DNA of 29,156 nt, taken from the NCBI GenBank assembly GCA_964596885.1, contig CAZQVU010000001.1, forward strand, positions 1-29,156, written 5' to 3'. Origin of the DNA: an uncultured Planctomycetia bacterium. Lineage in GTDB: Bacteria; Omnitrophota; Gorgyraeia; JAGLLT01; CAZKQD01. A program made the translations under genes and the position numbers. The notes under the pieces are model-generated. The model made no database searches and was not told where the DNA came from. It worked only from the letters and a program-made list of their open reading frames with translations. This document shows, piece by piece, positions 1 through 7,434 of the stretch (positions are counted from its first letter, which is position 1; every line of letters begins with the position of its first letter).

Positions 1-67
1 ATTCATCTGGAAATTAGACTTTTCTATTCTATTTGAAAAAATGGGTAAACTCCACCACTCTTCTTTA

Positions 68-97
68 TTGACAAATATACTATATCTAATTTATAAT
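68..97 (+). promoter_or_regulatory. sigma70-type promoter for the TPR gene
   Basis: Perfect TTGACA (68-73) and TATAAT (92-97) with an 18-nt spacer; SD-like AAGGGG at 111-116, 6 nt before the ATG at 123. Confidence 0.75.
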
Positions 98-122
98 ATG
101 AAATAGATATAAGGGGTTTTGT

Positions 123-1514
123 ATGAACCAAAATAATAAAGATATACCCAAAGAAGTCCAGCAGTATGTTGATAAAGGCAAAGAAGCCTTAAAAAAACAC
201 AATTATGAGTATGCAGTTGAATTATTTAATCATGCTTTAACATTAAACCAAGAACTGCCTGAAATCCGTCACTACTTACATCTATCCCAGATAAAAAACT
301 TTCAGGAAAACCCTCCCTCAATATTTACAAAAGGAATAAATAAAGCCAGAGTTCAGAGTTTTATTTTCAATGCCAAAAAACTTGAATCTCAAGGCAGAAT
401 TAAAGAGGCAATTGAAGAATATGAAAAAGCCATATCGATTGACCCGCTAAACGCAAGTACCTTTAATAAACTCGCCTACTTATTTGTCAAAAATGGCCAG
501 GAGCAGATGGCTATAAATACATTTAATGAAACTTTAGTAATTAACCCGGAGAATCTGGAGGCTTTAAAACAATTAGGAAAGATATACCAGAAAAAAGAAG
601 AATACGAAAAAGCGCAAAATTTCTTCAATAAGGCAAAACAGATTAAACCTGATGATATTGATGTGCAAAAGGGCCTAAAAGATCTGGCTGCACTTCGGAC
701 TATTGATAAAGGCAAGTGGCAGGAGGAGTCCAGTTACAGGGAAAAGATTGAGGATAAAGAAGAGGCTGAAAGATTGGAAAAGGAAAGCAGGACTATAAAG
801 ACAAAGCAGGATATAGACTTTTTAATTAAAAACTTAGAGAAAGAAATAGAAAAAGAGCCTAAAAATGCATCACTTTTATATAAATTAGCAGACTATTATA
901 AACAAAAAGAAGACTATAACAAAACTCAGCAAATCTATAAAAGGATATTAGAATTAAAACCTGAAGATGATATAGCCCAAAAGAATATTGAAGAACTCGA
1001 ATCCAAAAAAATTGAAAAAGAAATCCTTTATCTCAAAGAAGAACTTAAAAAAGACCCTGAAAACAAAGAAATCCAAAATAGAATAAAAGAACTTGAGGAG
1101 AAAAAACAGAATTTGGACTTTGAAAGGATTAAAGATAGAGTTTCAAAATTTCCCAATGATGCCAGATTGCGATATCAATATGGAATTGCCCTTAAAGATA
1201 AAGGGAGGTATAAAGAAGCAATCAGCCAATTTCAGAAATCAGTAGAAGACCCTTCAAAGAGGCTTGATTCCTTAAATATGTTAGGACTCTGCTTTATGGA
1301 GAAAAAGATGTATGACTTGGCTGTTACACAGTTCAAAAAAGCCCTCACTTATGCTCCTCAAATTACCCCTAAAACAAAAGATATAATTTACAATTTAGGT
1401 ATCACCTATGAGAAGATGGGTAAAACTGAAGAGGCTATAAACGAATTTAAGAAGATATATGAAGTTGATATAAATTATAAAGACATTGCAGATAAAATAG
1501 AAAAAGCCTACTAA
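123..1514 (+). CDS. Tetratricopeptide repeat (TPR) protein, 463 aa
   Basis: About 8 TPR-like units (e.g. ASTFNKLAYLFVKNGQEQMAINTFNETLVINPEN; LEALKQLGKIYQKKEEYEKAQNFFNKAKQIKPDD; IIYNLGITYEKMGKTEEAINEFKKIYEVD) separated by E/K-rich coiled-coil segments; no signal peptide; has promoter and SD. Confidence 0.9.
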   Translation: MNQNNKDIPKEVQQYVDKGKEALKKHNYEYAVELFNHALTLNQELPEIRHYLHLSQIKNFQENPPSIFTKGINKARVQSFIFNAKKLESQGRIKEAIEEYEKAISIDPLNASTFNKLAYLFVKNGQEQMAINTFNETLVINPENLEALKQLGKIYQKKEEYEKAQNFFNKAKQIKPDDIDVQKGLKDLAALRTIDKGKWQEESSYREKIEDKEEAERLEKESRTIKTKQDIDFLIKNLEKEIEKEPKNASLLYKLADYYKQKEDYNKTQQIYKRILELKPEDDIAQKNIEELESKKIEKEILYLKEELKKDPENKEIQNRIKELEEKKQNLDFERIKDRVSKFPNDARLRYQYGIALKDKGRYKEAISQFQKSVEDPSKRLDSLNMLGLCFMEKKMYDLAVTQFKKALTYAPQITPKTKDIIYNLGITYEKMGKTEEAINEFKKIYEVDINYKDIADKIEKAY

Positions 1515-1517
1515 ATA

Positions 1518-3503
1518 CTAAAGTTCCTCTCTGGCGTCAATATCGACTGTTATAAGAAGCCCTGAGGGCCTCCTAAATCGCCTCAGGCTTTTATTTATAA
1601 TTTTTTTAAAAACAGTCAGGTCTTTACATCTTATTATTATATTCAGTCTATAGTTGCCTCTAATCTTGGATATAATTGAAGGTTGAGGTTGTATAATCTT
1701 TATCTCCTTATATCCTTTCTCATTCTTCTTGAGAATCTCAAAAAGTTCTCTTGCCTTTTCTATTATTTTTTTTCTCACCTTGCCTTTTAAGATAATGCAA
1801 TTAAAGTGATAATACGGCGGAAGATTTAATGCCTTTCTTTGTTTTAATTCATTTTTATAAAATTCTATATAATTTAATTCGCATGCCTGCTTAATGGCAA
1901 AATGTGATGGTAAAAAGGTTTGAATTATAACCTTTGTATCTTTATTTTCTTGCCTAACTTGATTTATTATATTATAGAGAGTTGCAAAGACCTTCTCCTG
2001 CATTCTAAAATCTGGAAGATGCATAGCGGTATCTGCATTAATTATACCTATTAAGCCTGTCTTTCTAAAACTAATTCCTTTAAATAAGATTTGAGTTCCA
2101 ATCAGGATATCTATCTTACCTTTATTAAAATCAGATAGAATCTTATAACGTTTGCCCTTCTGAGAGGCTACATCAGCATCTAATCTCTTTACTTTGCTTT
2201 GAGGATATCGGTGGCAGAGGATGCTTTCTAACTTCTCAGTGCCGAATCCAGAATAGTTTATATATGATTTCTTGCATTGGGGACAAATCTTAGGCGGTTT
2301 CTTGCGGTAATTGCAATAATGGCATATGAGTTCTTTTCTATCATAATGATAGATAAGATTCTTTTTACATCTGGGGCATTTAATAATATAGCCACATTCT
2401 CTGCATCTTATAAAAGTTGCAAATCCCCTTCTATTTAAAAAAAGAATAACATTCTTATCCTCCTTCAGTGAATTATCAATGGCATCTTTTAACCTATAGG
2501 ATAATAAACCTTTTCTTCCATAGATATCCTTCTCCTTTTTTAAATCAATAATCTCGACCTTCTCTAAACTATGCTTTTCTCCTCCTTTCTCTCGAATTAA
2601 GGAAAAGACTCTTCTTTTTGCCATATAATAAGACTCAATAGATGGTGTTATGCTGCTTAAAATCAAAGGGCACTTCAACATCTTGGCTCTTAACTCAGCC
2701 ACCTTCTTGGTATTGAATCTGGGTGCATCAGGTTTCTTATAAAGATCGGACTCCTCCTCATCTATAATTATTACCCCTATTTCAGCAAGAGGTGAAAAAA
2801 CAGCAGAACGGCTACCTATAACAATGCGGGCTTTTTTAGATATAATCTGAGCCAGATTATCCTTCTTCTGATTAGTTTTAAGTTGACTATGATATATGGC
2901 TATATCATCTGGATAAAATCTTTTTATTCTCGAGACTAAAATATCTACTGACAGAATCTCGGCAGCAAGCAGGAGAACGCTTTTTTTAATCCTGAATGCT
3001 TCTTTTATAAGTTTTAAATATAAGGCAATCTTATCCTCCTGGTTTCGTGCATGGTATAAATAGACTTTAAAAATCCTATCTGAAATAATCTTTCTTATCT
3101 TATTATATCCACTATTATCTAGTTTGCTATTTATTATCTCTTCTTTATCTATCTTCTTATCTATCCTTTTCCTTTCTATTTTAATCTTAGACTTCTTCAA
3201 GCCCAGGGGAAAGGCGGCATCTAAAACCTCACCCCAACTGGACAAATAATATTGAGACACCTTCTTAGTTAATCTTAACAGATGATTATCAAATATTGGT
3301 TCTTCATCTATGACATCCTGTATAGTTCTTAACTCTTTTATCCTGCTTTTTTTTGCAATGTCTACTACATAGCCTAATATTTCACTTCCCCTAAAATTAA
3401 CTCGCACTCGTTTACCTTTTTTTATCTTAGGAATAAACTTCTGGGGTATCCTATAATCAAAGGGGTCCTTTACCGGTCTTGGAATGGCTACTTTAGCTAT
3501 CAT
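1518..3503 (-). CDS. priA: Primosomal protein N' (PriA), 661 aa, with degenerate helicase motifs
   Basis: N-terminal 3'-DNA-binding domain (VAIPRPVKDPFDYRIP...GKRVRVNF...GYVV); GSRSAVFSP; LFLNRRGFA; 8-Cys Zn region CRECG..CPRC..CHYC..CPQC; GFGTEK; DILIGTQ; C-terminal LPPY and VDIDA. ATG overlaps the udg stop (ATGA). Confidence 0.93.
   Translation of the reverse strand: MIAKVAIPRPVKDPFDYRIPQKFIPKIKKGKRVRVNFRGSEILGYVVDIAKKSRIKELRTIQDVIDEEPIFDNHLLRLTKKVSQYYLSSWGEVLDAAFPLGLKKSKIKIERKRIDKKIDKEEIINSKLDNSGYNKIRKIISDRIFKVYLYHARNQEDKIALYLKLIKEAFRIKKSVLLLAAEILSVDILVSRIKRFYPDDIAIYHSQLKTNQKKDNLAQIISKKARIVIGSRSAVFSPLAEIGVIIIDEEESDLYKKPDAPRFNTKKVAELRAKMLKCPLILSSITPSIESYYMAKRRVFSLIREKGGEKHSLEKVEIIDLKKEKDIYGRKGLLSYRLKDAIDNSLKEDKNVILFLNRRGFATFIRCRECGYIIKCPRCKKNLIYHYDRKELICHYCNYRKKPPKICPQCKKSYINYSGFGTEKLESILCHRYPQSKVKRLDADVASQKGKRYKILSDFNKGKIDILIGTQILFKGISFRKTGLIGIINADTAMHLPDFRMQEKVFATLYNIINQVRQENKDTKVIIQTFLPSHFAIKQACELNYIEFYKNELKQRKALNLPPYYHFNCIILKGKVRKKIIEKARELFEILKKNEKGYKEIKIIQPQPSIISKIRGNYRLNIIIRCKDLTVFKKIINKSLRRFRRPSGLLITVDIDAREEL
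1555..1607 (+). terminator. Possible intrinsic terminator of the TPR gene, lying inside the priA 3' coding region
   Basis: CCTGAGG (1561-1567) pairs with CCTCAGG (1581-1587), extendable by AAG/CTT across a 1-nt bulge; 13-nt loop; followed by TTTTATTTATAATTTTTTT; about 40 nt after the TPR stop. Large loop lowers confidence. Confidence 0.35.
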
Positions 3504-4192
3504 CTCTTATTCTTAATACCTAATTCTCTCATAATCTTCTTCATATCCTCCCAGACTAACCTTTTATCCTGGGGATTCCTTAATAAATACGCTGGATGAT
3601 AGGTAGGCATTAATTTAATATCTTTAAAATTGTAAAACTTACCTCTAATCTGAGAGATTGACCTTTCTTCTTTCAATAACTCCTTGGCAGCAAACGAACC
3701 TAAAGCGCAAATAACTCTGGGTCTTATAATCTCAATCTGCTCTAAAAGATATCCTATGCAGGCCTTTATTTCATCCTCTTTAGGATTCCTATTGTTGGGT
3801 GGCCTATCCTTTAATATATTGGCTATGTAGACCTCTTCTCTTCTAAGACCCATAGCCTTTATTATACGACTAAGAAGCATTCCTGCTCTTCCAACAAAGG
3901 GTCTACCCTGTAAATCTTCTTCTTGGCCAGGCGCTTCTCCGATAAACATTAAATCGGCGTTGGGATCTCCTTCACCAAACACTAAGTTAGTTCTGCTTTT
4001 ATAGAGCGGGCATCTCTTACATTCAAGAACTCTTTTTCTTAATTCATTAAGCCTCGTTGCTTTTTGCATGCTTTTAGCATTATTATCTATAACATCTCCT
4101 TTTACCAAAAAATACTCACTAACACCTAAATTTCTATCAGTCTCAATCAATAATTTAATCTTTTTAATAACATTAGATAACTCTTCTTGCAA
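3500..4192 (-). CDS. udg: Uracil-DNA glycosylase family 4 (Fe-S type), about 230 aa
   Basis: CKRCPL, VFGEG, IGEAPG, PFVG, RPPNNR, TYHPAY motifs. Start placed at TTG 4192 because AGGAGG lies 9 nt upstream; the ORF-track TTG at 4201 directly abuts that SD. Confidence 0.92.
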   Translation of the reverse strand: MQEELSNVIKKIKLLIETDRNLGVSEYFLVKGDVIDNNAKSMQKATRLNELRKRVLECKRCPLYKSRTNLVFGEGDPNADLMFIGEAPGQEEDLQGRPFVGRAGMLLSRIIKAMGLRREEVYIANILKDRPPNNRNPKEDEIKACIGYLLEQIEIIRPRVICALGSFAAKELLKEERSISQIRGKFYNFKDIKLMPTYHPAYLLRNPQDKRLVWEDMKKIMRELGIKNKR

Positions 4193-5291
4193 AATCTGCA
4201 ACCTCCTTGACTGCTTCAGGTTTTACAATCTTAGAGATGTTATTCCTCATCCTTAGTAATATACCTGGATTATCAATTAAACCTTTTAGAAAATCATAAG
4301 CCTCTTTTTTATTATTCACCACTTTCATAACGCCCAATTCTTCCATAAGTTTTGAATTTAAACCCTCCTGGCCAGGTATGGGTGAGATAACTAGCATAGG
4401 TAATCTTTTTACTAAAGATTCGGTCAAAGTTATCCCTCCTGCCTTGGTAACAATTATATCGCTTATTTCCATCAATTCATCCACATTATTGACATATCCA
4501 TAAACCTTAAATGGCGCATCTATCTCTTTGCAAATAAATGTCAGGCGATTATATAACCTTCTATCATAACCACAAATAAATAACAGATTAACCATATCTT
4601 TATAAGGAAGAAATCTCCTCAATAGATATTCATAAGGTCCGATACCTGCTCCTCCTCCCATAATCATTATGGTAAGCTTTTTGGATTTAATACCTAATTT
4701 ATCCCTTATTAAATCCTTATCCTTGCAAGTAGAAAATTCCATCCCTACTGGTATGCCTAATATCTTTATCTTATCCTCATTGATATTACCTTTGATTAAA
4801 TCTATTTTGGTCCTATCGTCTGCAACAATAAAATAATCACTTTCTTTTACAAACCAGACTGAATGGGCTCTATAGTCAGTTACCACTGTCAATAACTTAG
4901 TCTTTATCCTCTTGGTCTTCTTTAAATAACTAACAATATAAGATGAGGAAAAATGGGTAGAGATAACAACATCAAATCCTTCTTTTATCAAAAGACATTG
5001 AAATCTTTTGGTATTAGATATCTCAGCCAGTGCTTTAAAAGATTCAAATATAGGAAGAAAAGTTCTACTATTCGACAGATAAAACAAGAAACCCCAAAGA
5101 TCTTTGAGGTATTTTATCAAAAAGATATAAACATCTGAATATAGAAATCTAAATAGACGATTAGTATAATTTAATATATCTTCTAAGTATATCTCATCAT
5201 CTTTGTTATTCTCTTTAAGAACTTCATATATGCTTTCAGCGGCCTTCTTATGACCAATCCCTACTGAGGCATAAACAATAAGTATTTTCAT
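4173..5291 (-). CDS. UgtP / MGDG-synthase-like diacylglycerol glycosyltransferase (GT28), 372 aa
   Basis: ILIVYASVGIGHKKAA, STHF, VVTDYRAHSVW, MGGGAG, DIIVTKAGGITLTE, PIPGQE motifs typical of the family; AAAGGA 8 nt before the ATG. Confidence 0.85.
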   Translation of the reverse strand: MKILIVYASVGIGHKKAAESIYEVLKENNKDDEIYLEDILNYTNRLFRFLYSDVYIFLIKYLKDLWGFLFYLSNSRTFLPIFESFKALAEISNTKRFQCLLIKEGFDVVISTHFSSSYIVSYLKKTKRIKTKLLTVVTDYRAHSVWFVKESDYFIVADDRTKIDLIKGNINEDKIKILGIPVGMEFSTCKDKDLIRDKLGIKSKKLTIMIMGGGAGIGPYEYLLRRFLPYKDMVNLLFICGYDRRLYNRLTFICKEIDAPFKVYGYVNNVDELMEISDIIVTKAGGITLTESLVKRLPMLVISPIPGQEGLNSKLMEELGVMKVVNNKKEAYDFLKGLIDNPGILLRMRNNISKIVKPEAVKEVADFARRVI

Positions 5292-5321
5292 CGTGGGCTT
5301 CCTTTAATTGGTTAAACGCTT

Positions 5322-5349
5322 AAGGTTCAAGGTTAAAGGTTCAAGGTTA
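5322..5349 (+). repeat. Heptamer tandem array (4 x 7 nt) downstream of the four-helix-bundle gene
   Basis: AAGGTTC AAGGTTA AAGGTTC AAGGTTA read directly (two perfect copies of a 14-mer), in the largest intergenic gap of the - strand run. Confidence 0.92.
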
Positions 5350-5357
5350 AAATATTT

Positions 5358-5741
5358 TTATAAATCTTTGCGATAATGAATTTTCTTTAAGATGCTTCCA
5401 AATATCTTTTTGAACTCGCTTGATTCTTGAATTAGGTGCTCTAATTTCTTACCTTTTGCTATATTAGTTGCCTTTACTATTCTTAACCAATAATTGCTTT
5501 CTTTTGCTTCGCGTAAACAAATAGATATCTTGTATTTGAAATCTTCCTTACTATAGGCACCCTGACTCTCTTCGTAATTAGCCCCTATTGAGGTTGCAGC
5601 TTTTGCTAATTGATACTTAACAACGTCATTGATCTTTGAATACTTAATTTCTTTTAAAAAATTTATTGCTTCTACTGAAAAATCAAACGTCCTTTTTTCT
5701 AAATCTCTTCTCTTTTTGAATTCATCCTCTTTATCTTTCAC
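5358..5741 (-). CDS. Four-helix-bundle protein (23S rRNA IVS protein / Avd-related family), 127 aa
   Basis: DLEKRTFDFS, QLAKAATSIGANYEESQ, SKEDFKYKISICLREAKESNYWL match the family pattern (QL.RA..SI.AN..E; F...L..A..E..E..YWL); GTG start with AAGGA 4 nt upstream. Confidence 0.88.
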   Translation of the reverse strand: MKDKEDEFKKRRDLEKRTFDFSVEAINFLKEIKYSKINDVVKYQLAKAATSIGANYEESQGAYSKEDFKYKISICLREAKESNYWLRIVKATNIAKGKKLEHLIQESSEFKKIFGSILKKIHYRKDL

Positions 5742-5743
5742 TT

Positions 5744-5771
5744 TATCCTTTAACCTTTATCCTTTATCCTC
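5744..5771 (-). repeat. Heptamer tandem array (4 x 7 nt) upstream of the four-helix-bundle gene, inverted relative to 5322-5349
   Basis: On the - strand GAGGATA AAGGATA AAGGTTA AAGGATA; 22/28 identical to the + strand array at 5322-5349; overlaps the last codons and stop of gmhB. Confidence 0.88.
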
Positions 5772-6308
5772 TACTATTATCCAATCAACTGCTTCCTTTA
5801 AATCTTTCTTTATATAATCTGGCTTTATCTGCCAAGAAAGCACATCATCTTTTTTGGTATTACCTGATAAAACTAGAATTGTTCTACAACCTATTCTCTT
5901 GCCTGCTTCAATATCTGTCCTTTTATCTCCAATAAAAAAGGTTTCTTTAAAATCGATACTCAATCCCTCTGTAGCCTGTCGAAAAAGCCCTACTTTGGGT
6001 TTGCGACAGAGACAGTTATCCTCATCCCTATGTATACAGTAATGAGTAGACCTTATCCTGCCTCCTGCCTTTTCTATCTCTGAAAGCATCTTAGCGTTAA
6101 CCTTTTTAAGGTCTTCCTTCGTATACAATCCCTTAGCAATCCCTGCCTGATTAGAAATAACTATGATATCATATCCGCGGGAATTTAATTTCTTTATAGC
6201 AGAGAGGGAACCGGGTAGAAATTCAAAATCCTCTGGACTCTTAACATAACCACCTTCGGGGTCTTTATTTATTACTCCATCTCTATCTAAAAATATTATC
6301 TTATTCAC
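5757..6308 (-). CDS. gmhB: D-glycero-D-manno-heptose 1,7-bisphosphate phosphatase-like HAD IIIA enzyme, 183 aa
   Basis: FLDRDGVIN, ISNQAGI, Zn motif CIH...CLCRKP, IGDKRTD; GTG start overlapping the upstream stop. GmhB versus histidinol-phosphatase-type substrate is inferred from glycan context. Confidence 0.85.
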   Translation of the reverse strand: MNKIIFLDRDGVINKDPEGGYVKSPEDFEFLPGSLSAIKKLNSRGYDIIVISNQAGIAKGLYTKEDLKKVNAKMLSEIEKAGGRIRSTHYCIHRDEDNCLCRKPKVGLFRQATEGLSIDFKETFFIGDKRTDIEAGKRIGCRTILVLSGNTKKDDVLSWQIKPDYIKKDLKEAVDWIIVEDKG

Positions 6309-7434
6309 GATACTTCTTTTTTATAAAACTTGCTATTTTATCAATAATCAGATTCTGTTTATTCTCTGTCAACTCAGGATATATGGGTAACGATAAAACC
6401 TCTTTCGAACACCTCTCAGATATTGGAAAATCTCCTCTAATATAGCCTAAATCTCTAAAGACTGGCTGGAGGTGTAGGGGTCTAGGATAATATATAGCAG
6501 CAGGTATACCTTCTTTCTTGAGGTAATCATAAAGAACACTTCTTAACTTTAGGCGGATAGTATAAACATTATATACATGTCTACAATTAGAATGCGTAAA
6601 TGGTATAGTTATTTCATTCTTTAAATCAAAAAATGACTTATTATAATACTCAGCAATTTTTCGCCTTGCATCTATCCATTTATTGACATATCTTAGTTTC
6701 CTTCTTAAAATAGCAGCCTGCAATTCATCAAGTCTACTGTTATACCCATATAATGTATGGTAATATCTCTTTGTTGCACCGTGCAGCCTGAGTTTCTTAG
6801 CCTTTTGGTATAACTTCTTATTGTTTGTAACAAGCATACCAGCATCTCCATAGGCAGCTAATATCTTGCTGGGAAAGAAACTAAATATAGCAGCAGAACC
6901 AAAAGAACCTACTTTTCTTCCGTTATATTCGGCGCCAAATGCCTGGGCTGCATCTTCAATAATATGCAATTTATACCTGTTGGCTATCTTAATAATAGCA
7001 TCCATTTTTGCTGGCTGACCATAAAGATGAACTGGCACTATCGCTTTCGTCCTGTTAGTAATCTTTTCTTCAATCTTGGCAGGGTCTATATTATATGTCT
7101 CTGGTTCAATATCAACGAATATAGGTTTAGCACCTACCTCTATTATAGCCTCAGCCGTGGCAATAAATGTAAAAGGTGTTGTAATAACCTCATCGCCCTT
7201 ACCGATATCTAATCCTCTTAGAGAGATCTTCAAGGCATCAGTTCCACAGGCAAGACCAACAGCATATTTTACTCCTAGATAATCAGCAACCTCCTCCTCA
7301 AATCTAAAGACTTCTTCTCCAAGAATAAACTTGCCTCTTTTAAGAACTCCCTCTATTGCCTTATTAATCTCTTTCTGGATGTTCTTATACTGTTCAGTTA
7401 AATCTAAAAATGAGAGTCTTTCTTCAGTTTTCAT
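6301..7434 (-). CDS. DegT/DnrJ/EryC1/StrS PLP-dependent sugar aminotransferase, 377 aa
   Basis: ACGTDAL, VHLYGQ, IEDAAQA, SFFPSK (PLP lysine), GYNSRLDELQAA, LSLPIYP. Confidence 0.93.
   Translation of the reverse strand: MKTEERLSFLDLTEQYKNIQKEINKAIEGVLKRGKFILGEEVFRFEEEVADYLGVKYAVGLACGTDALKISLRGLDIGKGDEVITTPFTFIATAEAIIEVGAKPIFVDIEPETYNIDPAKIEEKITNRTKAIVPVHLYGQPAKMDAIIKIANRYKLHIIEDAAQAFGAEYNGRKVGSFGSAAIFSFFPSKILAAYGDAGMLVTNNKKLYQKAKKLRLHGATKRYYHTLYGYNSRLDELQAAILRRKLRYVNKWIDARRKIAEYYNKSFFDLKNEITIPFTHSNCRHVYNVYTIRLKLRSVLYDYLKKEGIPAAIYYPRPLHLQPVFRDLGYIRGDFPISERCSKEVLSLPIYPELTENKQNLIIDKIASFIKKKYRE

Noticed and set aside
1-60. Possible divergent gene start (ATG on the - strand at 6-4)
   Set aside because: Only two codons inside the window and no clear SD.
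476-715. 79-aa - strand ORF
   Set aside because: Antisense shadow of the TPR gene with no motif or RBS.
5322-5349. Heptamer arrays as CRISPR or IS terminal repeats
   Set aside because: No spacers or cas genes; no transposase or clear target-site duplication. Kept only as a cassette hypothesis.
5358-5741. Diversity-generating retroelement (Avd-like gene)
   Set aside because: No reverse transcriptase and no TR/VR repeat pair seen in the window.
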